From assembly GCF_021246445.1 (NCBI RefSeq), contig NZ_JAJQXW010000002.1, positions 620,001 through 684,000 on the forward strand: DNA of 64,000 nt, read 5' to 3'. Shown here piece after piece: positions 18,054 to 26,930 of this stretch (its first letter is position 1; each line of letters starts with the position of its first letter). This DNA comes from Rhabdothermincola salaria. Its GTDB lineage: Bacteria > Actinomycetota > Acidimicrobiia > Acidimicrobiales > Acidimicrobilacustridaceae. The translations under genes were made by a program, and so were the position numbers. Under the pieces are notes generated by a model. The model did not search any database, was not told where the DNA came from, and saw only the letters and a list, made by a program, of their open reading frames with translations.

Positions 18054-18758
18054 GTGACCAACCCGCCGGAGTCCGAGCCCGTCGACCAACCGTCGACGAA
18101 CGCCGCCCCACCGCGGCTCGACGTGCTCAAGGCCCTCGGCGACAACACCCGCTACGCCATCTACCTGGAGCTGGCCCGCTCCCCCATCCCGCTGGCCACC
18201 GCCGAGATCGCCGACGTCCTCGACCTGCACGTCAACACCGTGCGACCCCACCTCGAGCGCATGCGCGACGTCGGCCTGCTCCGGGTCGACGCCGAGACGA
18301 GGGGCACGGTGGGCCGTCCCCAGCACCGCTACAGCCTTTCGGCCGACGCTCCCGCCCTGGGTCTCGAGCCCACATCCTGGCCCATGCTGGCGCGCACCCT
18401 CCTCGACGCTGCCGCCTCCGGTGGGCTCGAGGGCGACGACCTCGCCGAAGCCGGGCGCCGCCAGGGCGAGGCCGACGCCGCCCGCTGGCCCGCCGGTTCG
18501 GACTGCCTCGACGCCCTGGTCGTCGAGCAGGCCAAGCTCGGCTTCGACCCCGAGACCCTCGAACACGACGACGGCGCCACCATGGGCTTCGCCCACTGCC
18601 CGTTCCGCGATCTGGCCGAGACCCACCCCCAGCTCGTGTGCTCCCTGCACAACGGGCTGGTCGAGGGCTTCGTGGCGGCCTGGGACGGCTGCGGCGTCGC
18701 CCGCTTCCACCCGCTCGTCGACCGTAACCCCTGCCAGGTCGAGGTCGTCCTCGGATGA
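18054..18758 (+). CDS. SufR-like HTH metalloregulator
   Basis: ALGDNTR, LHVNTVRPHL, GRP, and C-terminal HCPF..VC...C Cys cluster. Confidence 0.8.
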   Translation: MTNPPESEPVDQPSTNAAPPRLDVLKALGDNTRYAIYLELARSPIPLATAEIADVLDLHVNTVRPHLERMRDVGLLRVDAETRGTVGRPQHRYSLSADAPALGLEPTSWPMLARTLLDAAASGGLEGDDLAEAGRRQGEADAARWPAGSDCLDALVVEQAKLGFDPETLEHDDGATMGFAHCPFRDLAETHPQLVCSLHNGLVEGFVAAWDGCGVARFHPLVDRNPCQVEVVLG

Positions 18759-18818
18759 CCGCGACCGGGCCCGACCCCGCTACCCTGCCACTGCACTGAG
18801 TTCCCGGGAGGACCAACT

Positions 18819-19139
18819 GTGATCACGCTTACCGATACCGCCTCGACCAAGGTCAAGGAGCTCATCGACCAAGAAGGCCAGGCCGGCCTGATGCTGCGGG
18901 TGGCCGTGCGCCCCGGCGGCTGCAGCGGCTTCAGCTACGAGATGTTCTTCGACAGCGAGAAGGACACCGAGGACATGGTGCTCGACGACAGCGGCGTGCC
19001 CGTCGTGGTCGACCCCTCCAGCGCCCAGCTGCTCTCCGGGGCCACCCTCGACTACAAGGACGGCCTGCAGGGCGCCGGGTTCGCCATCGACAACCCCAAC
19101 GCCCAGAAGACCTGCGGCTGCGGTCAGTCCTTCAGCTGA
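18819..19139 (+). CDS. erpA: A-type Fe-S carrier (IscA/ErpA/HesB)
   Basis: GGCSGFSY and NPNA..TCGCGQSF motifs. Confidence 0.93.
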   Translation: MITLTDTASTKVKELIDQEGQAGLMLRVAVRPGGCSGFSYEMFFDSEKDTEDMVLDDSGVPVVVDPSSAQLLSGATLDYKDGLQGAGFAIDNPNAQKTCGCGQSFS

Positions 19140-19174
19140 CCCCTGCCGGTCGCCCGGCACCGTCCGATCTGCTC

Positions 19175-19196
19175 CGGCCGCCCCACGGGGCGGCCG
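19175..19196. terminator. GC-rich hairpin between convergent genes
   Basis: CGGCCGCCCC-AC-GGGGCGGCCG. Confidence 0.5.
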
Positions 19197-19271
19197 AGCC
19201 GCGTCCGGGGCCTGGGGGCCGGCCCGGCCCGGGGCGCACGGCCGGCGTGGCCGGTGGCCGTCGTCGGACGG

Positions 19272-20237
19272 TCAGCTGGTGGACGAGGCGAGGGCCTCGG
19301 CCAGTTCGCCTCGATCCATGACGTTGTCGAGGCGGGCCGTCACCATGCCGTCGCCACGGGCCACGAAGAGGCTGGGCTCGAAGCTGAGCCCGTAGGCGTC
19401 GACGGCGTCGGTGGTGCCGGCGCTGGCCGGATCAGGGCCCGCCGCCGGATCGACGTAGACCTCGGCGTGCACCACGGTGAGGCCGCTGACGGCGGCGCTC
19501 TCCTCGATCACCAGGTCGAGGACCGGCCCGCAGACGGTGGTGCTGCAGTACCGGGGGGTGCTGATGAGCAGCGCCACCGGTCCGCCGGCGGCGAGGACCT
19601 CGGCCAACGAGCGCTCGTGCAGCGGGCACTGGGGCTCCGCGGTGCAGATGGGGGTCACCCCCCGGGCGTCGGCGACGGTGGGCGTGGCCACGGGGATCAT
19701 GGCCTGGCCGGGCTGCACCAGCTCCACCTGCTCGGGGCGGTCCACCTGGAAGTTCTGGGTGGACTCGGTGTCGTCGAAGGTGGTCGTGAGCCCCCAGATG
19801 CCGGGCTCGTCGAAGGTGGTCAGCAGGGGGTAGTAGGCGATCGGGGTGCCGTCGGCGTGCTTGCGCAGCTCGACCTCGCCCTTGTCGACGCCCTCGCGGC
19901 TGAGGCGGGCCGAGATGGTGTCGGGTCCGTCGGACGTGGGTGCACCGGCCGCGCTGGAGATGGCGAAGGCCGCCCGTTGGGGGATGCCGGCGGCGAGGTA
20001 CCCGCCCTGGTAGTTGAACAGCCCCACCAGCGTCGTGCCCACCGGCGCCAGATCCATCCGCCCGGTCGCGTCCTGGTCGTCGGAGGAGCCGCCACAGGCG
20101 GCGAGCAGCGTGGGCGCGCCGAGGGCCACCAGGCCGGCGCCGCCGACCAGGCCCGCCCGACGCAGGAAGCCGCGACGATCGAGGGCAGGGATGGCGCTGG
20201 GTCGGGCGGGGCGCGAGGGGGAGGAATCGGGTCGCAT
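19272..20237 (-). CDS. Tat-exported lipoprotein with probable C-terminal thioredoxin-like fold
   Basis: DRRGFLR twin-arginine and LAAC lipobox. CTAEPQCPLH, TPRYCSTTVCGP and FEP motifs. Confidence 0.75.
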   Translation of the reverse strand: MRPDSSPSRPARPSAIPALDRRGFLRRAGLVGGAGLVALGAPTLLAACGGSSDDQDATGRMDLAPVGTTLVGLFNYQGGYLAAGIPQRAAFAISSAAGAPTSDGPDTISARLSREGVDKGEVELRKHADGTPIAYYPLLTTFDEPGIWGLTTTFDDTESTQNFQVDRPEQVELVQPGQAMIPVATPTVADARGVTPICTAEPQCPLHERSLAEVLAAGGPVALLISTPRYCSTTVCGPVLDLVIEESAAVSGLTVVHAEVYVDPAAGPDPASAGTTDAVDAYGLSFEPSLFVARGDGMVTARLDNVMDRGELAEALASSTS

Positions 20238-20263
20238 GCGGCGCCGAACCTATCCTCCGGGCG

Positions 20264-21874
20264 ATGGTGATCCACCGCGACCAGACCCCCGGTCCCGACG
20301 CCCGCACGATCGACCTGGTGGTCGACGGCACCGCGGTGTCGGTGGCCGACGACGGCTCGTCGCTGCTGGCGGTGCTGCGCGAGCACCTCGGGATCACCGC
20401 GGCCAAGGACGGGTGCAGCCCGCAGGGCCAGTGCGGGTGCTGCACCGTGTTGGTCGACGGGGCGCCCCGGGTGGCGTGCGTGACCCCGGCGCGGCGCGTC
20501 GCCGGGCGGGTGATCACCACCAGCGACGGCCTGGGTGACGACGACCGGCGACGTTGGGCCGACGCCTTCGTGGCCTGTGGCGCCAGCCAGTGCGGTTTCT
20601 GCACGCCCGGGATCATCTGCCGGCTCGAGGGCCTGCGGGCCAAGGGCACCGCGCCCGACGACCGGGCCGCTGTCGATCGGGCCCTGGCCGCCCACCTGTG
20701 TCGGTGCACCGGCTGGCAGACGATCGGCGAGGCGTGGGCCGTGGCCGCCAGCGGGGCTTCGGCGTTGGCCGGCACGCTCGCCGGTGAGCGCGACCTGAAG
20801 GTCGCGTCCCGACGGGCAGGGCTCGAGGGGCACACGCCCCAGCAGGTCGGCGCCGACGTGGTGCTCGGCCACGGCGGGTTCGCCGATGACTCCGCTCCGC
20901 CCGATGCGCTGGTCGCCGTGCCCGACGGTGCGGGTGGGTGGGCCGTCGGCGAGACGCTGGCCGAGGCTCGCGCCGCGTCCGGCAAGGTGCAGGGCCGGCG
21001 GGGGACGGTGGAGCCGGTGCCGCCGCTCGCGGTCCCCGACGGCGACTGGGAGCTCACGCTGTGCACCAGTTGGGTCGAACCGGCCTACCTGGAGACCGAT
21101 GCGTCGTGGTGCGAACCGGGCGGTGAGCCCGCCGGCCCGCTGGGTAACGGCGGCGCGTTCGGGGGCAAGGTCGTCTCCCCGGTGACGGCGGCCGCCCGAG
21201 AGCTGGCCGACCGCCACGGACGGGCCGTGCGGGTGCTGCTGTCGCGCGAGGACACGGTGCGCCTCGGTCCCAAGCGCCCGCCCGTCGCCGCCGGGGTGCG
21301 TGCCGACGGCACCGGGGTGATGCGCGTCGTGCGCACCCCCGGCGTGGCCGACGCCGTGCGTGCCATGGCGCCCGGGCTGGTCGTCGAGGAGGTCGACGTG
21401 GCCGGACCGCCGACGTCGGCGGCCGTGCGCGCCGCGGGCTGGGCGGAGGCGTCGGTGCTGCTGAGCGCGTTGGCGGCGCGGCGCGACGGTGGTTCCCACG
21501 AGGCCACCGTCACCTCCCCGTGGGGCTCGGTGGCCACGGCGTCGGTGGGGGCCGACGACGTGATCCGGGTGCACGTGGAGTGCGGCGAGGTGCTCGACGA
21601 GGTCGTGCTGCGCTCCTACGTGATCGGTGCCGCCCACATGGCCCTGGGCTGGGTCACCAGCGAGGGCCTGGCGGTCGACGCCGACGGCAACGTGGGCGAC
21701 CTCACCGTGCGGTCCTTCGGCATCGTGCGCGCCGCCGACATGCCGACCATCGAGGTGGCGGTGGTGCCCAGCGACCGGGTGGCGATCAACGGCTCCGACG
21801 CCGCCTTTGCCGCGGTGGCCTCCGCGCTGTGGCTGGCTCGCGGCTGCCCGCCGTCGTGGCCCGTGGGAAGCTGA
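20264..21874 (+). CDS. 2Fe-2S domain fused to a shortened molybdopterin-binding (xanthine oxidase family) domain
   Basis: KDGCSPQGQCGCCTV, QCGFCTPG, HLCRCTG, AYLE, GGAFGGK and SRED motifs. Confidence 0.82.
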   Translation: MVIHRDQTPGPDARTIDLVVDGTAVSVADDGSSLLAVLREHLGITAAKDGCSPQGQCGCCTVLVDGAPRVACVTPARRVAGRVITTSDGLGDDDRRRWADAFVACGASQCGFCTPGIICRLEGLRAKGTAPDDRAAVDRALAAHLCRCTGWQTIGEAWAVAASGASALAGTLAGERDLKVASRRAGLEGHTPQQVGADVVLGHGGFADDSAPPDALVAVPDGAGGWAVGETLAEARAASGKVQGRRGTVEPVPPLAVPDGDWELTLCTSWVEPAYLETDASWCEPGGEPAGPLGNGGAFGGKVVSPVTAAARELADRHGRAVRVLLSREDTVRLGPKRPPVAAGVRADGTGVMRVVRTPGVADAVRAMAPGLVVEEVDVAGPPTSAAVRAAGWAEASVLLSALAARRDGGSHEATVTSPWGSVATASVGADDVIRVHVECGEVLDEVVLRSYVIGAAHMALGWVTSEGLAVDADGNVGDLTVRSFGIVRAADMPTIEVAVVPSDRVAINGSDAAFAAVASALWLARGCPPSWPVGS

Positions 21875-21878
21875 GTTC

Positions 21879-22229
21879 ATGACTGCTCCCGTCGGGCCCT
21901 ACTCGCCGATCGTCCGCGCCGGCGACCTCCTCGTGGTGTCCGGCCAGGTCGGCATCCGCGAGGGCAAGATGGTCTCGGGCGGCGTCGAGGACGAGACCAC
22001 CCAGGCCGTCGCCAACATCGCGGCACTGCTGGCCGGCGAGGGCGCCGCGCTCACCGACGTGGTGAAGACCACGGTCTTCCTGCGCCACATGCGCGACTAC
22101 CCGATCATGAACGAGGCCTACATGGCCGCCTTCGGCGACCACCGACCGGCCCGGTCAGCGGTGGCGGTGTCCGAGCTGCCCATGGTGGCCCTCGTCGAGA
22201 TCGAGGCCTGGGCCCACGCCCCCCGCTGA
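21879..22229 (+). CDS. RidA/YjgF family imine deaminase
   Basis: GPYS, SGQVG, VVKTTVFL, PARS and LP..LVEIEA motifs. Confidence 0.93.
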   Translation: MTAPVGPYSPIVRAGDLLVVSGQVGIREGKMVSGGVEDETTQAVANIAALLAGEGAALTDVVKTTVFLRHMRDYPIMNEAYMAAFGDHRPARSAVAVSELPMVALVEIEAWAHAPR

Positions 22230-22280
22230 GGTCCGGCGCCGTCTTCGCCCGCGGCCGGCCGGGTGGGTACCATCGGCGTC

Positions 22281-22442
22281 GTGAGCGTCGTCATCATCGT
22301 GCTGGTCCTCGTCGTGGTCATCCCCGTGGGCTTCCTCGTCACCATGTCGCTGGTGGCCGCCCTGCTGGGTTGGGCCACCAAGACCGAGGTCGACGACCTC
22401 TACACCGGCACCGAGGATCTCGAGCTCTCCAACCGGAGCTGA
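22281..22442 (+). CDS. Small membrane protein (53 aa), not in the ORF track
   Basis: MSVVIIVLVLVVVIPVGFLVTMSLVAALLGWATKTEVDDLYTGTEDLELSNRS. Strong G/C third positions; TACCAT 7 nt upstream. Confidence 0.7.
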   Translation: MSVVIIVLVLVVVIPVGFLVTMSLVAALLGWATKTEVDDLYTGTEDLELSNRS

Positions 22443-22604
22443 CGCCCGTACAGCCGGGCCCGTCGGTCGCGTCGGCGCGACCGGTCATCGGGCGGTGGAT
22501 CGAAGAACCCGTCGACGGCGGGGAAACCCTCCGCTAGCGTCTCGCCTCGTTGAGAAGGTGCAGGGAAGGTGTTCCGACCCCGCAGGACAGAAAGGGGTGT
22601 CGGA

Positions 22605-22805
22605 GTGGCCTCCGGTACCGTCAAGTGGTTCAACGCCGAGAAGGGTTACGGCTTCATCTCCCGAGAGGGTGGCCCCGACGTGTTCGTGCACTACAGCGCG
22701 ATCTCTGGTTCGGGCTATCGCTCCCTCGAGGAGGGCCAAGCCGTCGAGTTCGAGGTGACCAGTGGCCCGAAGGGCGATCAGGCACAGGACGTCCGTCCAG
22801 TCTGA
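22605..22805 (+). CDS. cspA: Cold-shock protein
   Basis: [15 protein letters not shown] and VFVHYSAI motifs. SD AAAGGGG. Confidence 0.97.
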   Translation: MASGTVKWFNAEKGYGFISREGGPDVFVHYSAISGSGYRSLEEGQAVEFEVTSGPKGDQAQDVRPV

Positions 22806-22828
22806 GCGACCTCACAGGTCTGACGTTC

Positions 22829-22856
22829 GAAGCGCCGCCCGCGAGGGCGGCGCTTC
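22829..22856 (+). terminator. Hairpin downstream of cspA
   Basis: GAAGCGCCGCCC-GCGA-GGGCGGCGCTTC: 12-bp stem with a GNRA loop. Confidence 0.7.
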
Positions 22857-22883
22857 CGCGTGGTCGGTGCGGCAGCGGCATGC

Positions 22884-23022
22884 GGTCGGGTGGCGGGTCG
22901 GGAGCGCCAGCGACCCCGCCACACCGTCGCGCTCCGCGCCCGTCGGTGGGTGGGCTCTCGGGTGGTGGTCGGGTGGCGGGTCGGGAGCGCCAGCGACCCC
23001 GCCACACCGTCGCGCTCCGCGC
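22884..23022. repeat. Two identical 56-bp palindromic (REP-like) direct repeats
   Basis: GGTCGGGTGGCGGGTCGGGAGCGCCAGCGACCCCGCCACACCGTCGCGCTCCGCGC at 22884-22939 and 22967-23022, separated by 27 bp. Confidence 0.9.
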
Positions 23023-23030
23023 GACCAGTA

Positions 23031-23720
23031 TCAGAGCGTCCAGCGGGACTGACCGAAGCGGTAGCCGACGCTGCGGACGGTCTGGATGAGACCGGCGTGC
23101 TCCTCGCCGAGCTTGGCCCGCAGGCGCCGGATGTGGACGTCGACGGTGCGGGCGCCGCCGTAGTACTCGTAGCCCCACACCCGGCTGAGGAGGGTCTCGC
23201 GGGTGAACACCTTGCCCGGGTGCGACGAGAGGAACTTGAGTAGCTCGTACTCCATGTAGGTGAGGTCGAGCGGCTTGCCGGCGATGGCCGCTTGGTACGT
23301 CTCGAGGTTGAGCATCAGCTCGCCGTACTCGACCAGCTCCGGTCGGGTGCCCTGGCCGGTGCGCCAGAAGAGGTGCTTGAGGCGGGCCTCGAGCTCCCGG
23401 GGGTGGAAAGGGCTGAGGCAGAAGTCGTCGAAGAGGTCGTCGCGCAGCTCGAGCTCGGACAGCTGGCTGCCGCTCACGAGCAACAAGAGGGGTTCGAGGG
23501 GGATGTCGCGCTTGCGCAGCGCCCGGCACAGGGCGAACGCCCGCTCCGGGTCGACGTCGGCGACCACGATGGCCCCGGCCCAGCCCTCGCCCGGTTCGAG
23601 GCGCGCCGCTCCGGTCTCGTCGGCGACGGCCTTCCACGGGTAGCCGGCCAGGTCGAGGGCCTGGGCGAGCTCCGGAGGCACCGGATCGGGGTGCAACAAG
23701 ATGGGTTCCATCACCGTCAC
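23031..23720 (-). CDS. glnR: GlnR-like OmpR-family nitrogen regulator
   Basis: LDLTYMEYELLKFL..HPGKVFTR and VWGYEYYGGARTVDVHIRRLRAKLG. GTGA overlap with the glnA2 stop; alternative ATG 23711. Confidence 0.85.
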   Translation of the reverse strand: MTVMEPILLHPDPVPPELAQALDLAGYPWKAVADETGAARLEPGEGWAGAIVVADVDPERAFALCRALRKRDIPLEPLLLLVSGSQLSELELRDDLFDDFCLSPFHPRELEARLKHLFWRTGQGTRPELVEYGELMLNLETYQAAIAGKPLDLTYMEYELLKFLSSHPGKVFTRETLLSRVWGYEYYGGARTVDVHIRRLRAKLGEEHAGLIQTVRSVGYRFGQSRWTL

Positions 23721-25051
23721 CAGGTCGGCAGGTACCGGTCCAGCTCGAACTGGGTGACCTGGGCCTTGTAGTCGAACCACTCCGAGCGCTTGTTGCGCAG
23801 GAACCATTCGAAGATGTGCTCACCGAGGGCTTCGGCGACCAGCTCGGACTGCTCCATCACGTCGAGGGCGTCGGAGAGCGACTGCGGCAGCGGGCGGATG
23901 CCCTCGGCGGCGCGTTCGGAGGCGGTCATCTCGAACACGTTGGCGAGCGACTCGTTCGGCAGCTCGTAACCGTCCTCGATGCCCTTGAGGCCGGCGGCGA
24001 GGATCACCGAGTAGGCGAGGTACGGGTTGCAGGCCGGGTCGGGAGCCCGGTACTCGATGCGGGTGGAGGACTGCTTGCCTCGTTTGGTGACCGGGATGCG
24101 GATGAGGGCCGACCGGTTGTTGCGGGCCCACGTGACGTAGACGGGGGCTTCGTAGCCGGCGATGAGGCGCTTGTAGGAGTTCACCAGCTGGTTGGTGACC
24201 GCGGTGATCTCGGGAGCGTGGTGCATCAGCCCGGCGATGAAGCCACGGGCGACCTTGGACAGCCCGTACTGGTCGCCGGGGTCGTGGAAGGCGTTCTCGT
24301 CGCCCTCGAACAGCGAGAGGTGGGTGTGCATCCCCGAGCCCTGCACGCCGGCGAGGGGCTTGGGCATGAACGTGGCGTAGGCCCCCTGCTCCAGGGCGAT
24401 CTCGCGCACGACGAGGCGGAAGGTCATGACGTTGTCGGCCATGCTCAGCGCGTCGGTGTAGCGCAGGTCGATCTCGTGCTGGCTGGGAGCGTCCTCGTGG
24501 AAGGAGTACTCCACCGGGATGCCCATGTGCTCGAGGACCAGGAGGGTGCGCTTGCGCAGGTCGCTGGCCACGTCGGCGGTGGTCAGGTCGAAGTACGAGC
24601 CGCTGTCGAGGGCCTCGAGTGGGGTGCTGGCGTCGCCGTTGCGGAAGTAGAAGAACTCCATCTCCGGGGCCACCATGAAGTTGAAGCCGCGGCTGTGGGC
24701 CCGGTCGAGGTTGCGCTTGAGGACCTGGCGGGGGTCACCCTCGAACGGGTTGCCGTCGTGGCTCAAGATGTCGCAGAACATGCGCCCCGACACGTCGGTG
24801 GCGTCGCCCCACGGCAGCAGCTCGAAGGTGTTGGGGTCGGGCTTGGCGAGCACGTCGCTCTCCTGCACCCGGCTGAAGCCGTCGATGGCTGACCCGTCGA
24901 AGTGCATGCCTTCCTCGAAGGCGTTCTCGAGCTCGGCGGGCGAGATGGCGACCGATTTGAGCTGGCCGAGCACGTCGGTGAACCACAGGCGGATGAGGCG
25001 GACGCCGCGCTCCTCGACGGTGCGCAGCACGTAGTCCTGCTGGCGTTCCAT
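23717..25051 (-). CDS. glnA2: GlnA2-type glutamine-synthetase-like enzyme
   Basis: [30 protein letters not shown]-terminus typical of actinobacterial GlnA2; FMPKP, GSGMHTH and RIEYR motifs. Confidence 0.88.
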   Translation of the reverse strand: MERQQDYVLRTVEERGVRLIRLWFTDVLGQLKSVAISPAELENAFEEGMHFDGSAIDGFSRVQESDVLAKPDPNTFELLPWGDATDVSGRMFCDILSHDGNPFEGDPRQVLKRNLDRAHSRGFNFMVAPEMEFFYFRNGDASTPLEALDSGSYFDLTTADVASDLRKRTLLVLEHMGIPVEYSFHEDAPSQHEIDLRYTDALSMADNVMTFRLVVREIALEQGAYATFMPKPLAGVQGSGMHTHLSLFEGDENAFHDPGDQYGLSKVARGFIAGLMHHAPEITAVTNQLVNSYKRLIAGYEAPVYVTWARNNRSALIRIPVTKRGKQSSTRIEYRAPDPACNPYLAYSVILAAGLKGIEDGYELPNESLANVFEMTASERAAEGIRPLPQSLSDALDVMEQSELVAEALGEHIFEWFLRNKRSEWFDYKAQVTQFELDRYLPTW

Positions 25052-25124
25052 GAGCCGGATCCTCGCACAGCTCCTCGACCAGTCCCAGGGCGACGGTCAC
25101 ACCGAGGGCCTGCTTCATCTAGCG

Positions 25125-25164
25125 TTCACAAACGGGCAACAGGGCGGAAAACCCCCGCTGACAC
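25125..25164 (+). promoter_or_regulatory. Candidate GlnR-box array between glnA2 and glnA1
   Basis: TTCAC-N6-GCAAC-N6-GAAAA-N6-CTGAC with 11-bp phasing, resembling GTNAC-N6-GAAAC. Confidence 0.55.
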
Positions 25165-25291
25165 GCTGAACATCGACCGGACACCCGCGCGTCGTACCTG
25201 CGCCCCCGATGGCACTGGTGGGAATGCCGGGCACCGGTCAAGATCTCGACAACCACTGCGGCATGTGGGCCGCACACCCCCAGGAGGAACC

Positions 25292-26719
25292 GTGCAGGAA
25301 CGCACCCCCGAAGAAGTGCTGGCGATGGTCAAGGACGAGGAGTGCGAGTTCGTCGATCTCCGCTTCTCCGACCTGCCGGGCGTCATGCAGCACGTGACCA
25401 TCCCCGCCCACGTGCTGAGCGAAGACCACTTCACCGACGGCCACGGCTTCGACGGTTCCTCGGTGCGCGGGTTCCAGGAGATCCAGGAATCCGACATGGT
25501 CCTGATCACCGACCCCAACACGGCGTACATGGACCCGTTCATGAAGCGCAAGACCATGGTGATCCACTGCTACGTGGCCGATCCGGTCACCGGTGAGAGC
25601 TACAGCCGTGACCCCCGCTACGTGGCCCAGAAGGCCGAGGCCTACCTCAAGAGCACCGGCATCGCCGACACCGCCTTCTTCGGTCCCGAGGCCGAGTTCT
25701 TCGTCTTCGACGACGTGCGCTTCGACACCCAGCCCAACGGTTCCTTCTACGCGGTCGACTCCATCGAGGGCGTCTGGAACACCGGCACCGAGGAGCTGGG
25801 CGGCAACCTCTCCTACAAGCCGCGCACCAAGCAGGGCTACTTCCCCGTCCCGCCGATGGACCACTACCAGGACCTGCGCTCGGACATGTCGGTCGCCCTG
25901 CACGAGGTGGGCATCGAGACCGAGCTGCACCACCACGAGGTGGCCTCGGGTGGTCAGGGCGAGATCGGCATCAAGTTCAACACCCTCCAGTCCATGGCCG
26001 ACCAGCTCATGACCTTCAAGTACATCCTCAAGGGCGTGGCCTGGCAGGCCGGCAAGTCGCTGACCTTCATGCCCAAGCCGATCTTCGAGGACAACGGCTC
26101 GGGCATGCACACCCACCAGTCGCTCTGGAAGGGCGGCGAGCCGCTGTTCTTCGACGAGGCCGGCTACGCCGGGCTGTCCGACACCGCCCGCTGGTACATC
26201 GGCGGCCTGCTGCACCACGCCCACGCTGTCATCGCCTTCACCAACCCGACGACCAACAGCTTCAAGCGGCTGGTCCCGGGCTACGAAGCGCCGGTGAACC
26301 TGGTGTACAGCCAGCGAAACCGTTCGGCCTCGTGCCGCATCCCGCTGGCGTCGCAGAGCCCGAAGGCCAAGCGCATCGAGTTCCGCTGCCCCGACTCCAC
26401 GTCGAACCCCTACCTGGCCTTCTCGGCCATGATGCTCGCCGGCCTCGACGGCATCCAGAACCGCATCGAGCCGCCGGCGCCGGTCGACAAGGACCTCTAC
26501 GACCTCCCGCCCGAGGAGCTGGCCAAGGTGCCGCAGGTGCCCGCCACGCTCGAGCAGGCCCTCGACGCCCTGGAGTCCGACAACGACTTCTTGAAGGCCG
26601 GCGGGGTGTTCACGGACGACCTCATCGACACCTGGGTGGAGTACAAGCGCAAGAACGAGGTGGACGCCATCCGCCTGCGCCCGCACCCCTATGAGTTCTC
26701 GATGTACTACGACATCTGA
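25292..26719 (+). CDS. glnA1: Glutamine synthetase type I-beta
   Basis: FDGSS, HHEVA, FMPKP, NGSGMH and adenylylation loop [20 protein letters not shown] 25292. Confidence 0.97.
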   Translation: MQERTPEEVLAMVKDEECEFVDLRFSDLPGVMQHVTIPAHVLSEDHFTDGHGFDGSSVRGFQEIQESDMVLITDPNTAYMDPFMKRKTMVIHCYVADPVTGESYSRDPRYVAQKAEAYLKSTGIADTAFFGPEAEFFVFDDVRFDTQPNGSFYAVDSIEGVWNTGTEELGGNLSYKPRTKQGYFPVPPMDHYQDLRSDMSVALHEVGIETELHHHEVASGGQGEIGIKFNTLQSMADQLMTFKYILKGVAWQAGKSLTFMPKPIFEDNGSGMHTHQSLWKGGEPLFFDEAGYAGLSDTARWYIGGLLHHAHAVIAFTNPTTNSFKRLVPGYEAPVNLVYSQRNRSASCRIPLASQSPKAKRIEFRCPDSTSNPYLAFSAMMLAGLDGIQNRIEPPAPVDKDLYDLPPEELAKVPQVPATLEQALDALESDNDFLKAGGVFTDDLIDTWVEYKRKNEVDAIRLRPHPYEFSMYYDI

Positions 26720-26731
26720 TCCGAAGGTTCT

Positions 26732-26783
26732 GCGAGACCGCAGGTCGGAGGCCAGAAATGCCCTCTGACCTGCGGTTTCTCGC
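26732..26783 (+). terminator. Long hairpin after glnA1
   Basis: GCGAGACCGCAGGTCGGAGG ... CCTCTGACCTGCGGTTTCTCGC. Confidence 0.65.
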
Positions 26784-26930
26784 GTCCGGGGAGTGCCGTT
26801 CCGTCCGCCCTGATCCGCCCCTGTTCTCAGGATGCAGCGGACTGGCCGCGTCCTGGAGCCTGGTCGGCTTCGGGCGTTGCGATCCCTCGGCTGGGTCAGG
26901 CCACGAAGATGCTCGGTTCGGAGGTCCGGG

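Noticed and set aside
13722..21874. Selenoproteins by UGA readthrough in redox genes (tlpA, erpA, mini-XDH, Tat lipoprotein)
   Set aside because: All catalytic Cys motifs are complete, and each TGA falls at the expected C-terminus or right before the next gene.
22884..23022. Possible CRISPR mini-array
   Set aside because: Only two repeats, the repeat (56 bp) is longer than the spacer (27 bp), and there are no cas genes or AT-rich leader.
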